NCBI GenBank assembly: GCA_943787795.1
Contig: CALSNU010000001.1
Span: 1,024,001-1,088,000 of the forward strand
Reading direction: 5' to 3'
DNA length: 64,000 bases
From: an uncultured bacterium
GTDB lineage: Bacteria > Planctomycetota > UBA1135 > GCA-002686595
Part shown: piece after piece, positions 1 to 9,858 of the stretch
Layout: each line of letters starts with the position of its first letter
Numbering within the stretch: the stretch's first letter is position 1
Program-made: the position numbers and the translations under genes
The notes under the pieces: generated by a model
Told to the model about the DNA's origin: nothing
What the model saw: only the letters and a program-made list of their open reading frames with translations
Databases searched by the model: none

Positions 1-355
1 GATCATGGGGCGTGAGATGGCGGGGATCAGCGATGAGCTGCGCGCGGCGACGGCGCGGCAGATCTACCTGCCCATGCACGGCTTCACCGAGTCCTTCAAC
101 CTGTCGGTCGCAGCGGCCCTCGTCCTCCAGCGCTGCTTCGACGCCGAGCCGGGGCTCGTCGGCGCCATGGGAGAGGCGGAGCGGAGCGAACTTCGGCTCA
201 AGTGGTTCGCGCGGTTGGCCGGCAAGAACGACGCGAAGCGCGAGGCGTTCGTGAGGATGGCGGAGTCCGGGGTCGCGCCGCTCGAGACCACGCGCCCCGC
301 GAGCGAGAGCCGGACGCCGCGCATCAAGAAGTCGATGAACGGCTACTTCGACTGA
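1..355 (+). CDS. TrmH/SpoU-family RNA 2'-O-methyltransferase (5'-truncated by window edge)
   Basis: SPOUT motifs 'MGREMAGIS' and 'IYLPMHGFTESFNLSVAAALVL'; frame is open to the window start. Confidence 0.85.
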   Translation, partial: IMGREMAGISDELRAATARQIYLPMHGFTESFNLSVAAALVLQRCFDAEPGLVGAMGEAERSELRLKWFARLAGKNDAKREAFVRMAESGVAPLETTRPASESRTPRIKKSMNGYFD

Positions 356-1215
356 GCGCCGCCGAGCTCGGCGAGGACGCGGCGCGCGTTGTCGCGGTCC
401 TGTCGGGCGCGCGGCCCCAGGTCCACGCCGCGGCGCTCGGCCATGAAGGTCGCGGCGCCGCGCATGGCGCGGTCCGTCGAGTCGCCCTGGTCCAGTCGGC
501 CGGCGAGGTCCTGCCTCAGCGCCTTGAAGTACGCGAGCTCCTCGTCGATAGCGTGCAGCGCCGCTGCTCGACCCGTGATGAGGTCGTTGTGTGCAGGAAT
601 CACCTGCTCCACGCTGTGATCCGTGACCAGCTCGCGCAGGCGTCGATTGGCGGCCTCGAAGGGAGCAGCCTCCCAGCGGCAGTAGGGGAGCCCGGGGGAG
701 ACGAGGTAGTCCGCGGTCAGGAGCGCCTTGAGCGCGGGGACGTGGACGACGCTCGTGCAGTTGGAGTGGCCGGGGAGGAACTCGAGCTCGAGGTCGAGGG
801 CGCCGACCCGCACGGTCAGGTGGTCATCGAAGGCGCGGTCCACGGCGGGGTACTGGAAGCCCGCGTCCTCCACGCCGAGCCGCTCATCCACCTTGGCCTT
901 GCCCGCGAGGATGCGCTCCCGGGGGCCGGCCTCCTTGTTCGCGACGGCGCTGGGCGCGATCACCTCCGCGCCCTCGAAGGCCTGCCAGCCTCGAATGTGG
1001 TCGTGGTGGCTGTGGGTGAGCACGACCTTGGTCACGCGGCGCCCGCCGGACTCCAGCGCGCGGCGGAACGCGAGGACCTCCTCGGGGGTGATGCCGGGGT
1101 CAACGGCGCACGCCTCGTCCCCCGAGACGACGCCGATGGAGTTGTAGCCCCAGAGCCCGCAGCGCTGGACCACGAGGCCCTCAGCGCCGGGGGGCGTGTC
1201 CACGAGGAGCGTCAT
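343..1215 (-). CDS. MBL-fold metallo-hydrolase
   Basis: HxHxDH motif 'VLTHSHHDHIRG', 'LPGHS', 'ADYL', 'VIPAHN'; start overlaps the stop of the upstream gene. Confidence 0.88.
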   Translation of the reverse strand: MTLLVDTPPGAEGLVVQRCGLWGYNSIGVVSGDEACAVDPGITPEEVLAFRRALESGGRRVTKVVLTHSHHDHIRGWQAFEGAEVIAPSAVANKEAGPRERILAGKAKVDERLGVEDAGFQYPAVDRAFDDHLTVRVGALDLELEFLPGHSNCTSVVHVPALKALLTADYLVSPGLPYCRWEAAPFEAANRRLRELVTDHSVEQVIPAHNDLITGRAAALHAIDEELAYFKALRQDLAGRLDQGDSTDRAMRGAATFMAERRGVDLGPRARQDRDNARRVLAELGGAQSK

Positions 1216-2261
1216 ACGTTGAAGATGTCCTCACCGTCGTCGGCCTCGTCGTCGTCATCGGGGAGCACCCAGGCCTCTCGCACGGCGTCGAGGACGTGCC
1301 GCTTGATCTCGAGGGGGTCGAGCCGGCTCCAGCCCAGGGCCTTGCCCGCGTGCTCCGCATAGAGGGGGAGGTGCTCGCTGCCGAACCAGAGCTCGGGGGT
1401 GGCTCCGGCCTGGGGTTGGTGCCGCCAGCGCTGCCCATCCCCTCGCGCGCCCTCCTGTTCGTTGAGCAGGCGGGTGAGCGCAGCGAGGTCCGGGCGCGCC
1501 GAGGCGGGCCTCGAGACCACATCAAAGAAGGAGCGGGTCCCCAGGACCAGCCGGGCCGAGGTCCCCTCGGAGCCCGTGCCCAACAGCAGGGCCCGATCGT
1601 GACGCCCCGAGCCGAGGAAGGCGTGACGGCCGGGGTCGAAGGGGGGGGCGCCGGCGCCGTTGAGGGTTGCGCTCCAGACGCCGAGGTCCATGTAGACCAG
1701 GTCGTCATGGAGGGCCGCGCCGAGCGCGGCGCGATCGAGGTGGAGCCGTTCAAGGGCGGAGCGCCAGCGTTTGGGCTCGGCCTCCTCGTCGGCCAGCATC
1801 GTCGCGAGCAGGTCGAGGGCGGCCTCAAGCAGGCCGTCACGGTCCCCGGTCCACCGTCGGCCGAGGTCCTGCAGCGCCATATCCACCGCGAAGGCCGGGT
1901 CCGAGCGCACCTCGAAGAAGTCTCCGCACGCCGCGATCTCGTGCAGCCGCTTGCGGTGGGGAGCGGCGATCTCCGGCCGGGCGAGGGCCAGCAAGGCGCA
2001 GACGCCGTCGGTGTCGTAGTGATTCAGGACCAGGGCCTCGCAGCCCCCAAGGAGCTCCGCGCGGCGAGGCTCGTCGAGGTCGAGGAAGGCGAACGCGATC
2101 TCGGTGGAGAGGTCGCGGCGCAGGTCACGGGGCGTTCGGTTCCCCGGCCAGTGGGCCAGGTGGAGGCCGCCGGCGGGCGCGGCTCCGAAGGAGCCGTCGA
2201 CCATGACCACGGGGCGGTCGCCGACCTTCGAGGGGCCGGCGACGTAGCGGATCGGGAGCAT
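1212..2261 (-). CDS. DUF6687-like hypothetical protein with a DHH-like HxDxDG motif
   Basis: 'LAHWPGNRTP...DLSTEI' and 'NHYDTDGV' motifs; good codon bias; ATGA overlap with the MBL gene. Confidence 0.65.
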   Translation of the reverse strand: MLPIRYVAGPSKVGDRPVVMVDGSFGAAPAGGLHLAHWPGNRTPRDLRRDLSTEIAFAFLDLDEPRRAELLGGCEALVLNHYDTDGVCALLALARPEIAAPHRKRLHEIAACGDFFEVRSDPAFAVDMALQDLGRRWTGDRDGLLEAALDLLATMLADEEAEPKRWRSALERLHLDRAALGAALHDDLVYMDLGVWSATLNGAGAPPFDPGRHAFLGSGRHDRALLLGTGSEGTSARLVLGTRSFFDVVSRPASARPDLAALTRLLNEQEGARGDGQRWRHQPQAGATPELWFGSEHLPLYAEHAGKALGWSRLDPLEIKRHVLDAVREAWVLPDDDDEADDGEDIFNV

Positions 2262-2272
2262 CGGGTTCTCGC

Positions 2273-3964
2273 TCAGGGGCGGCCGTCGCCGCCGTCCTCT
2301 CCGCCCTGCTTCTCCTTCTGGCGCTCCAGCGCGCGCTTGAGGAGCTTGCGGTTGTTCCGCGCATCGCGGAGGGCAATCTTCACGATCTCCTCTTCACCCT
2401 CGGCGAACTCGCCCTTCGCCTGCATCTCAAGGGCCAGCTCCTCGGCCTCGTCGTACATGGCGATGGCCAACTCGGGGCTGCGCTGGAGGCCGTAGTGAAG
2501 GATCACCGCGCCATCGTTGAGGTACTGCGGCTTACGGTCGAGTTCGAGGGCCTTCTGGTAGGCCTCCCATGCTCGCTCGTAGTACTCCATGGGGGTCGTC
2601 TTGGGGTCCTTCGCCTTGGAGCGCCGGACGAAGTCGCCGGCGTCGCGGCTCATGAGCCCGACGTCGTTCCAGAGCAGCGGGTCGCTCCGGTCGGCGACCA
2701 GCCGGACCTCGGCGAGATCGGCGGAGGCGACGAACTTCTGAGAGTCCCAGAGGCGGAAGAGCAGGCGGCCGGGGTAGGCCTTGTTCTGGGGGCTTGAGTT
2801 CACCATCTGAGCGAAGCTCACGGCGTCGGCGTCCGCGTAGCGACGGAACGCACGCCCGGCTTCGATGTCGAACTCCTTGCCGCGGAAGTACTGCGACAGC
2901 CCGATGTACCAGTGGGCATTGGAGTAGGCCGGGAACTTGGAGACGGCACGCTCGAACGAGGCGATGGCCGGCTCGTAGCGCCCCAGGGAATACTGTCCGT
3001 ACCCCAGCCACCAGAGGAGGCCCGCGTCCGAACTGAGGTTCTTACCCCAGCGCTTCTCGAACGCCGCGGCGCCCGCCTTGAGCGCGTCCACGAAGGGTGC
3101 CGCCGTCCCGTCCTTGTCCGCGAGGCTGCTGAAGAGCTGGCCGAAGTCCACCTGGGTGGGGTCCCAGCCCATGGCGGTCGAGTAGGCGGTCGCCGCTTCG
3201 TCCTTCTTCTCGAGGAACAGCAGGCCCACACCCCACTGCAGGTACACGTCGGCCTGCTGCTGAGCGGTCTCCTTCTTGTTCCCCAGGGCCTTCGCCGCCT
3301 CCTGTGCGTCGCGCACTCCCTGCTCGATCGCGCGGGCGCCTGCGGCGCGCGTGGTCTCGTCGCCCATCAGGGCGGCCCCGCGCGCGATGCGGATCTTCGC
3401 TGCGAGGGCTAGGGTGGCTCCGTCGCGGGAAACCTCGAGCGCACGGTCGATGGCCGAGGAGGCGGTCTCCGTGTCTCCCATCCACCGCGAGGAGGCGGCG
3501 AGGGGGAGCCACGCGTCGGGGTAGGCGTCGCCGCCCTTCTCCATGACCTCCTTCAGGTACGCGGCGGCTTCCTGATAGGCGCCGCCCGCCTGGGGGCTGC
3601 TCTGGAGCTCAAGGCGCCGACCGAACTCGTAGCGGGCGATGCCGATGAGGTACTGGACGTCGACCCCGCCGCGCCCCTCGGACTCCAGCTCGATGACCCG
3701 GTCGAACGCCGCGTCGAGCTCACCCTTCGCGATCCGCGCCCGCAGGACCCACACCTCGGTGTCCACATCACCGCCGTTCCTGTCGTTGGCCTCGCGGAAC
3801 GTGGCCAGGGCGGCCTCGACGTTGCCAGCAAGGAGCTCGGCCTTGCCGCGCCGGAGCAGGTCCGCCACGTCATCGACCACGAGGGCAGGTGCCGCCGCAA
3901 GCGGGGGCAGGGGGGCCGTCACGAGGGGGGCGCAGGTGGCCAGGAGGGTGAGTTGAAGCAGCAT
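2273..3964 (-). CDS. Exported tetratricopeptide-repeat protein
   Basis: Signal-peptide-like start MLLQLTLLATCAPL (ATG 3964 chosen inside ORF 2273..4123); several TPR-like helical repeats, e.g. 'WWLGYGQYSLGRYEPAIASFERAVSKFP'. Confidence 0.8.
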   Translation of the reverse strand: MLLQLTLLATCAPLVTAPLPPLAAAPALVVDDVADLLRRGKAELLAGNVEAALATFREANDRNGGDVDTEVWVLRARIAKGELDAAFDRVIELESEGRGGVDVQYLIGIARYEFGRRLELQSSPQAGGAYQEAAAYLKEVMEKGGDAYPDAWLPLAASSRWMGDTETASSAIDRALEVSRDGATLALAAKIRIARGAALMGDETTRAAGARAIEQGVRDAQEAAKALGNKKETAQQQADVYLQWGVGLLFLEKKDEAATAYSTAMGWDPTQVDFGQLFSSLADKDGTAAPFVDALKAGAAAFEKRWGKNLSSDAGLLWWLGYGQYSLGRYEPAIASFERAVSKFPAYSNAHWYIGLSQYFRGKEFDIEAGRAFRRYADADAVSFAQMVNSSPQNKAYPGRLLFRLWDSQKFVASADLAEVRLVADRSDPLLWNDVGLMSRDAGDFVRRSKAKDPKTTPMEYYERAWEAYQKALELDRKPQYLNDGAVILHYGLQRSPELAIAMYDEAEELALEMQAKGEFAEGEEEIVKIALRDARNNRKLLKRALERQKEKQGGEDGGDGRP

Positions 3965-4047
3965 GTCGCCGAAGGCTTGGAAGAGGACGTGGACGGGGCG
4001 CCGTGGGGCGCCCCCGGAATGATGGCCAACTCGGCCCGAAAATGCTC

Positions 4048-6141
4048 TCAGGGTCTGTGGGCCCAAATGGTTCTGGCCTCGATTTCGTCGAGGGAGGCCG
4101 GGCGGACGCCGGTCTCGATCCACTCATCCAATCTTGGAAGGACCTCGGTCCGCAGCCACTCACGGGACGGGGGCCCGATCTCCAGGGCCTTCACGAACCA
4201 GTCGCGGGCCGGCGCCGGGTTGTCCCGGAGCGTCATCTCGAGGATGCCCATGTTCTGATGCGCGTCGCCCCAGGCCTCGTTGAGGTCGAAGCGCTCCCGA
4301 TCGCCCATCGCATCCTGGATCTGGACCGTGCCGTCGGCCACCGCGTCCAGCAGGTAGCGCTCCGCGGCTTCGGCGTCGGTCCGCAGGTAGTAGGTCATGA
4401 TCAGGCCCGTGTCGTTCACCACCCGGACGTCGTTGGGGGTCATGGCTGCCGCGATGCAGTACGCGGCCCAGCTGCGCTCGATGAGCTCCTGGGCGCGGGC
4501 CCTGCTGGCCGCGGCGGCGGCGCGCTCGTCGTCGGACTCTGCGCGGGCGAAGCGCGCGGTCGCGTCCATCTCGCGGAGCACCGCGGCGTCGCGGTTCACG
4601 AAGCCCACGTTGTTCGCGAGGTTGGGGTTCTCCGGTCGGGCGGAGAACATGCGGTCGGCGAGGCGCGCCCCGCGCTCGAGCCCCTCGAGGCTGGTCGGAT
4701 CGGACGTCGCCCGCCGAACGAGGAAGTCGAGACCCGCGAGCGCCGAGGGCAGGCGCTTCGAGCCGTCCGCGCCCGAGAGGAACAGGTCCAGGCCGGCTGC
4801 CTGCCCGCGGCGGGAGGCCTCTGAGCCCAGGGGGCGGAGGTCCTCGGCGGAGAAGAACAACGCCTCGGCGTCCTTGTCCTCCTCCAAACGGTAGAGGCAC
4901 CAGCCGAGCGCCGTTCGGCTGAGGATCTCGTAGTTGATGCAGGCGTCCGTGAAGCCGGGTTCGCGGTCTCGACAGGCCTCGAACAGGCGCTCTGCATCGC
5001 GGAACCCTGCGGCGCCAGCGCCTCTCTCGTCCGCCGAGGTTTCGAATTGGTTGAGCGCCAGATAGAAGGTCTCGAACCCGCTATACCAGAAGCCCAGCGC
5101 GTTCTCGGGGTGGCGCTCCCGGAACGTGGCGTAAGCCCCCAGGATCGCCTCGAAGCGGGCCTGGAGCGCCGCCTCGGCGTCCGCTCCAGCGGCCGTGGCC
5201 TGGGCCTGGGTGAGGTCGCCTAGCTGGCGCACGAAGGCCGTATGGATGCGCTCGTTCTCGGGCAGGATCGCGAGCGCGGTCCGCAGGGTCTGGAGGGCCT
5301 CGGGTCCGCGCTGCTCCCACAGGAACAGGTTCGAGAGCTGCTCGTAACCCCAGGGGTCGGTGGGGGACTCGCCGATGGAGCGCTCGATGGCCCGTCGGGT
5401 CTCGCCGAATAGGCTCGTTCGGAGCTGCAGTGAGCCGGGCGCACCGTCGGAGGCCTGGCGGTGCTCGACGTAGCGGCTGAAGGCGGCCTCGCCCCACGTG
5501 CGAGCGAACGGCTGATCCACGTCCAGCTGTGAGGAGCGTCCGGGGACGGCGTCGATCCAGTTGACCGCCGCCCGCGCGTCGTCGAGGGCCTGCTGGTTCA
5601 GGTTCAGCATCCGGGCAGCGCGACTGGCGCGGAGGGCTGCGCTGACGCCTGCTCCCTGTTCGGCGGCGAGCTCGAAGGTCTCGAGGGCCTCCTCGAAGAG
5701 CGAAGCGTAGCGGGGCGAGGCGCTCGCCGCGGCGAAGGCTGCCCGCCCACGGACCATGAGCATGGCAGCCTTGCGCTCCCGGCCGACGAGGTCGAGCTCG
5801 AGAGCCTCGTCGATGGCGTCCAGCGCGGCGAGGCCCTCACCAGCCTCCAGTCGCTGTCGTGCGGTCCGCTCCCTGTCATCGACGAAGAGCGCGTTGACGA
5901 GGCGACGGGCGGTGGACATGTCTCCGCGGCCGAGCGCCTCCATGGCCTCCTCAAGCCTGGGGTCCTGCTCGCCCCGGATCTCCTGGCCGGGGGAGGGGGT
6001 CGCCGGAGGGAGTGCCGGAGGGAGTACCGGAGGGAGCGCCGGAGGGAGCGCCGGGGCGGCGGTGGCCTCGTGCGCGGCGTGGAAGCCACACAGCGCGAGC
6101 AGCGCTGCAGCGAGGATGGGGGACGAATTGGGCGAGGTCAT
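4048..6141 (-). CDS. Exported TPR-like helical repeat protein
   Basis: Start MTSPNSSPILAAALLALCG (ATG 6141), Pro-rich linker, TPR-like repeats such as 'YEQLSNLFLWEQRGPEALQTLRTALAILPEN'. Confidence 0.75.
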   Translation of the reverse strand: MTSPNSSPILAAALLALCGFHAAHEATAAPALPPALPPVLPPALPPATPSPGQEIRGEQDPRLEEAMEALGRGDMSTARRLVNALFVDDRERTARQRLEAGEGLAALDAIDEALELDLVGRERKAAMLMVRGRAAFAAASASPRYASLFEEALETFELAAEQGAGVSAALRASRAARMLNLNQQALDDARAAVNWIDAVPGRSSQLDVDQPFARTWGEAAFSRYVEHRQASDGAPGSLQLRTSLFGETRRAIERSIGESPTDPWGYEQLSNLFLWEQRGPEALQTLRTALAILPENERIHTAFVRQLGDLTQAQATAAGADAEAALQARFEAILGAYATFRERHPENALGFWYSGFETFYLALNQFETSADERGAGAAGFRDAERLFEACRDREPGFTDACINYEILSRTALGWCLYRLEEDKDAEALFFSAEDLRPLGSEASRRGQAAGLDLFLSGADGSKRLPSALAGLDFLVRRATSDPTSLEGLERGARLADRMFSARPENPNLANNVGFVNRDAAVLREMDATARFARAESDDERAAAAASRARAQELIERSWAAYCIAAAMTPNDVRVVNDTGLIMTYYLRTDAEAAERYLLDAVADGTVQIQDAMGDRERFDLNEAWGDAHQNMGILEMTLRDNPAPARDWFVKALEIGPPSREWLRTEVLPRLDEWIETGVRPASLDEIEARTIWAHRP
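6001..6054 (-). repeat. 12-bp coding tandem repeat (about 4 copies) encoding a PPAL linker
   Basis: Plus strand (GCCGGAGGGAGY)n; translates to PALPPALPPVLPPALPP. Confidence 0.75.
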
Positions 6142-6564
6142 GGGGGCTGGCGAGGTGGCGCGAGCGGGTCGGCGCGGCCGGGGGCGCGGTGAAGCGGGAG
6201 GGGCAGTGAAGCGTGAGGGACAGTGAAGCAGAAGGGGCGGGACGCGGGGAAGCTGGGCGGGGAGCCCCCCGGCAGGGGGCTCCCCGCGCGACCCTCGCCC
6301 ACGCGGCGCCCTGGGCTCCGGGGAGCCTGGCTCGTGGGAGAAGCCCTCGGTCGGTGTCTTGTAGCCCGGGGAGAGCTGAGAGTCACCTGGGTCCAGGGGC
6401 TCTGGCCCCGCTAGACTAAGAACCGCCAGCGGCAGGGGCGCCCCGCCCCGCTGGTTCAAGGTCCGCAATGCCCGGGAAGAACCCCCGGGCCCGGGCGTCC
6501 CACCAGGGCCGCGCGGAGCCCAACCCGCGGCGCCACGGCCCCCTCACCCCGCCCCTCGACCTCG

Positions 6565-9500
6565 ATGCTCGATCGCCGACCGCTCCCCGGAGCCCTCCTC
6601 CTCGCTGCCCTTGGCCTCGGCCTCGTCTCGAGCTGTGACAATCCCACCTGCGTGTTCGTCGACGGCTGCACGGGCTCGAACAGCGGGAACGGCCCTGGGG
6701 GCCTCGGGAACAGCGGAGCGACGTTCCCCGAGGACGGGGCCTTCATGTCGGCGGGAGCGCCGACTCTCGTGGCTGCGGCTCCCCAGATCCAGGACCTCCA
6801 TCCGCGGAGCCCGGTGTTCCTCGAGTTCTCCGAGAGCCTCAGTCCCGATGGCCTCAGCGAGGCCTTCCGGGTCCTCGATGTGGTCTTCCAGCAGGAGGTC
6901 CCGCTTGCACCCGCGGGCCTGGTCGGCAACGGGCGCGTGGTCGCCCTGACCCCCGCCGCTGGGTACCTGCCGGATCGCCAGTACCAGCTTCTCTACAACT
7001 CGGAGGCCAAGATCACTGACCTGAACGGCGAGCGGCTGGTCGTGAACGCCAACGAGGTGCTGCTCGACTTCGCGGTCGTGGACGCGGCGCTCATCCCGGA
7101 GCCGCGCCTGCTGTACTCCTTCCCGCCGGACCTCACGACGCTCCAGGGAGACGCCAGCGAGATCGTGATCGGCTTTGACCGGCGGATGGAGACCTCGACC
7201 TTCAGCGAGGACACCTTCGACGTGCTCATCGATGGGCTCCCCCCCGCCTTTGATCCCGCCCCGGAGGCGCTCCCCCTTGGGGCCTCGGGCCTCGGCTTCG
7301 GAGTGACTCAGGTCTGGCAGTGGATTTCGAAGGACGCGGACGGTCGCGTGGTTCCGCTGGGCGCGGATGTCCGCGTCCAGGTCAAGCTGGCCCAGGGGGC
7401 CGAGGAGCTCACCTCCGAGGAGGGGGATCCGCTCCCGCCCTCCGAGACCGAGTTTCAGACGCTCGGCCTGAGCCTCGCGGCCGACGTGCAGAAGGTGGCC
7501 GGTGCGGGGAGCCCGGATACCTTCAGCGCCGCGGACGTGTTCGGTGGCACGCCGATCGTTGAGGTGTCCCTGAGCCAGCCCGCGCCGAGCGGCGTGACGG
7601 CCGAGGCCTTCCTCTTCGGCACAAGCCCTGACAACGCGGAGCTGCTCAAGGCGACCGCGGTGTCGCTGGACTTCCCGGAGGGCACGTCGGCGCTGACCTT
7701 GACCGCGAGCCAGCTGGGCATGGTCGACAGCCTGGGCGACGCCGAGTTCGCGGACGGTGACTTCGAGTGCGCCGTTCAGCTGCGCCGCTTCGGCTCACCG
7801 ACCGGTGCGCGCTTGTTCGATGCGGACCCGAGCACCGACGTCGCGGACCGGCCCTACTTCGACACTGTGGCGCCCATCCTTCTGGGCCTCGGCGCCGCCG
7901 GTGCGGACGTCTCCAGCTTCCTCGGCGATCTGAGAGACCTCGCCATTGTGGGCAGAGCCAGCGAGCCGGTGGCGTTTGCCTTCGTGGACTCAGGGGGCAG
8001 CGGGACCAACGGCGGGAGCCTGGCGGACCCGCCCCAGACGGCCTTCTCGGGGCCTGTGGACGCCTCGGGAGAGGCGCTGTTCATCACCTCGGCGGTGCCG
8101 CTCGGCGCGGTCAACCCGAGCAGCGGAGGCGTGAACTACGACCTCTCCATCTTCGATCGCGCGGGCAACTCCACGACCGTCGCGGCCTCGGGGACGTTCT
8201 TCCAGCGAGGCGTCATCGGACCCGGCGCGGACCCCACCGGGGGCAGCGTCCAGGTGCGCGTCTACGATCGACGGTCCCTGCGGGGCGTGAACGACATCAC
8301 CGTCTACAGTCACGCCGAGAACGGCGGGGCGGTGAGCTTTGTGGACTCGGACACGACGAGCATCATCGGCCTCGCCGTGGTGAACGGGGCACCGGCGGGC
8401 AACACTGTCATCACAGTCGACGCGCCGGGCTATGACCTGTTCACCTTCCACGGGATCCCGCGCACCTCGCTCGAGGTCCTCCTCGACGTTTCCAGCGAGC
8501 CGGCGGCCGCGGTGCAAGGACAGGTGACCAGCGTCTTCCCGACCGGCAACTTCTCGGGGGCGACCACCAAGGTGGCGGACACCCGCGCGCCACGACTGCT
8601 CCGGCTCAGCGACGTCTCGCTCTGCTCGCCGAACTCCAACGCGACCCTCTTTGAGTGCAACTATGGGCCGGTGCTCATCGAGGGCTCGGAGCTGGGAGCG
8701 ATCTCGTTCCTCGCGACGCAGGACGATCTCCCGCAGCTCTCGTTCAACCCGATCACCTACCTCCGGGGCTACGGCCTGAACGCGCCGCAGCTGCCCGTCG
8801 TCGCCGGGGAGACCGCCCTCGACGTGAACATCGACGCGGGGGATCAGCTCGCCTTCTCTGCGCCGGGGCTGCAGCCCTTCGCGCTGGCTCCCCACGTGCT
8901 GGACGTCTCGGGCCTTGTCAACCTGGGCGCGCCTTCGGAAGCACCGAGCATCACCGCGGAGGCTGTGGCCACCGGGCTCGCCGGCCCGCTGGTCGTCGGC
9001 CGAGCCAACCCCTACCCCCTGGGCGGGGGAGGGACCACGTGGACAGCTCTGGGGGCGGCGACGGGGCTCGCCAACGCCGGAGGGGAGCTGGTTGCGCGAG
9101 GCTCCATTGAGGGGGACCTGCTGCTGCGTGCGGCGGTGAAGGACGTGGCCGGGAATGAGGTGTCGGCGCGCCCGCGGCTCTCTACCAGCGGCAACCAGCT
9201 GTCGCCCATTGACGTGCCGAGGCTGCTCTCACCGAGCCCCGGAGGCAACGCCGGGCCCGCCGCGTTCAACCTCATCATCGAGGACACCCTGCCCGACAGC
9301 GCCGGCGGGGACGGGATCGCCGAGGTCCAGCTCACCTCCAGTACCGGGCGCAAGTGGCGGCTCTGGACGCTCGACTCGTCGGACGCGAGCGGCGACCTGC
9401 TCCTTTCCGCCCCGGATATCGCCGCCGAGGGGGGGACGAGCCTCGCGCCCGGGATCCTGTCTGCGGAGGTCACTCTCTGGGGCTGGAACTTCAATCGGGA

Positions 9501-9579
9501 CGAGTTCCTCTGGAGCGACATCGAGCGGGAGCATGAGCTGGCCGGGTTTGCGGCTGCCGTGACCTTCACGCTCGACTGA
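6565..9579 (+). CDS. Large putative lipoprotein with Ig-like (SbsA/Big_5-type) domains
   Basis: 1004 aa; lipobox-like 'GLVSSC'; Ig-like segments 'VFLEFSESLSPDGL...VVALTPAAGYLPDRQY' and 'IVIGFDRRM'; beta-rich Ser/Gly/Ala/Thr composition. Confidence 0.75.
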   Translation: MLDRRPLPGALLLAALGLGLVSSCDNPTCVFVDGCTGSNSGNGPGGLGNSGATFPEDGAFMSAGAPTLVAAAPQIQDLHPRSPVFLEFSESLSPDGLSEAFRVLDVVFQQEVPLAPAGLVGNGRVVALTPAAGYLPDRQYQLLYNSEAKITDLNGERLVVNANEVLLDFAVVDAALIPEPRLLYSFPPDLTTLQGDASEIVIGFDRRMETSTFSEDTFDVLIDGLPPAFDPAPEALPLGASGLGFGVTQVWQWISKDADGRVVPLGADVRVQVKLAQGAEELTSEEGDPLPPSETEFQTLGLSLAADVQKVAGAGSPDTFSAADVFGGTPIVEVSLSQPAPSGVTAEAFLFGTSPDNAELLKATAVSLDFPEGTSALTLTASQLGMVDSLGDAEFADGDFECAVQLRRFGSPTGARLFDADPSTDVADRPYFDTVAPILLGLGAAGADVSSFLGDLRDLAIVGRASEPVAFAFVDSGGSGTNGGSLADPPQTAFSGPVDASGEALFITSAVPLGAVNPSSGGVNYDLSIFDRAGNSTTVAASGTFFQRGVIGPGADPTGGSVQVRVYDRRSLRGVNDITVYSHAENGGAVSFVDSDTTSIIGLAVVNGAPAGNTVITVDAPGYDLFTFHGIPRTSLEVLLDVSSEPAAAVQGQVTSVFPTGNFSGATTKVADTRAPRLLRLSDVSLCSPNSNATLFECNYGPVLIEGSELGAISFLATQDDLPQLSFNPITYLRGYGLNAPQLPVVAGETALDVNIDAGDQLAFSAPGLQPFALAPHVLDVSGLVNLGAPSEAPSITAEAVATGLAGPLVVGRANPYPLGGGGTTWTALGAATGLANAGGELVARGSIEGDLLLRAAVKDVAGNEVSARPRLSTSGNQLSPIDVPRLLSPSPGGNAGPAAFNLIIEDTLPDSAGGDGIAEVQLTSSTGRKWRLWTLDSSDASGDLLLSAPDIAAEGGTSLAPGILSAEVTLWGWNFNRDEFLWSDIEREHELAGFAAAVTFTLD

Positions 9580-9858
9580 ATCGATCTTCCAGGCCGACTC
9601 GGCGGCGCGAGCGGTCCTCTCTGGCTGTCCCCAGTGGCGGCTCCCGCGGCCCAGCGGAGGCCGTTTGCTGGCCACCGACGGGCCGTCAGGCGGCCCGGGA
9701 GAGGGGGCAGGGAGTGGTCCAGGGGCCGGCCGAGAGCCTCCCCTGGCTGGCCGAGGGTCGGACTTGGCCCAGCCGCCCGGCCGCTCTTGGTCGAACGTGG
9801 CGCCGGAACGGGCACAGGACCCTCGAAATCCCGCGGTCGCTTCCCGTAGCATCTGCCC

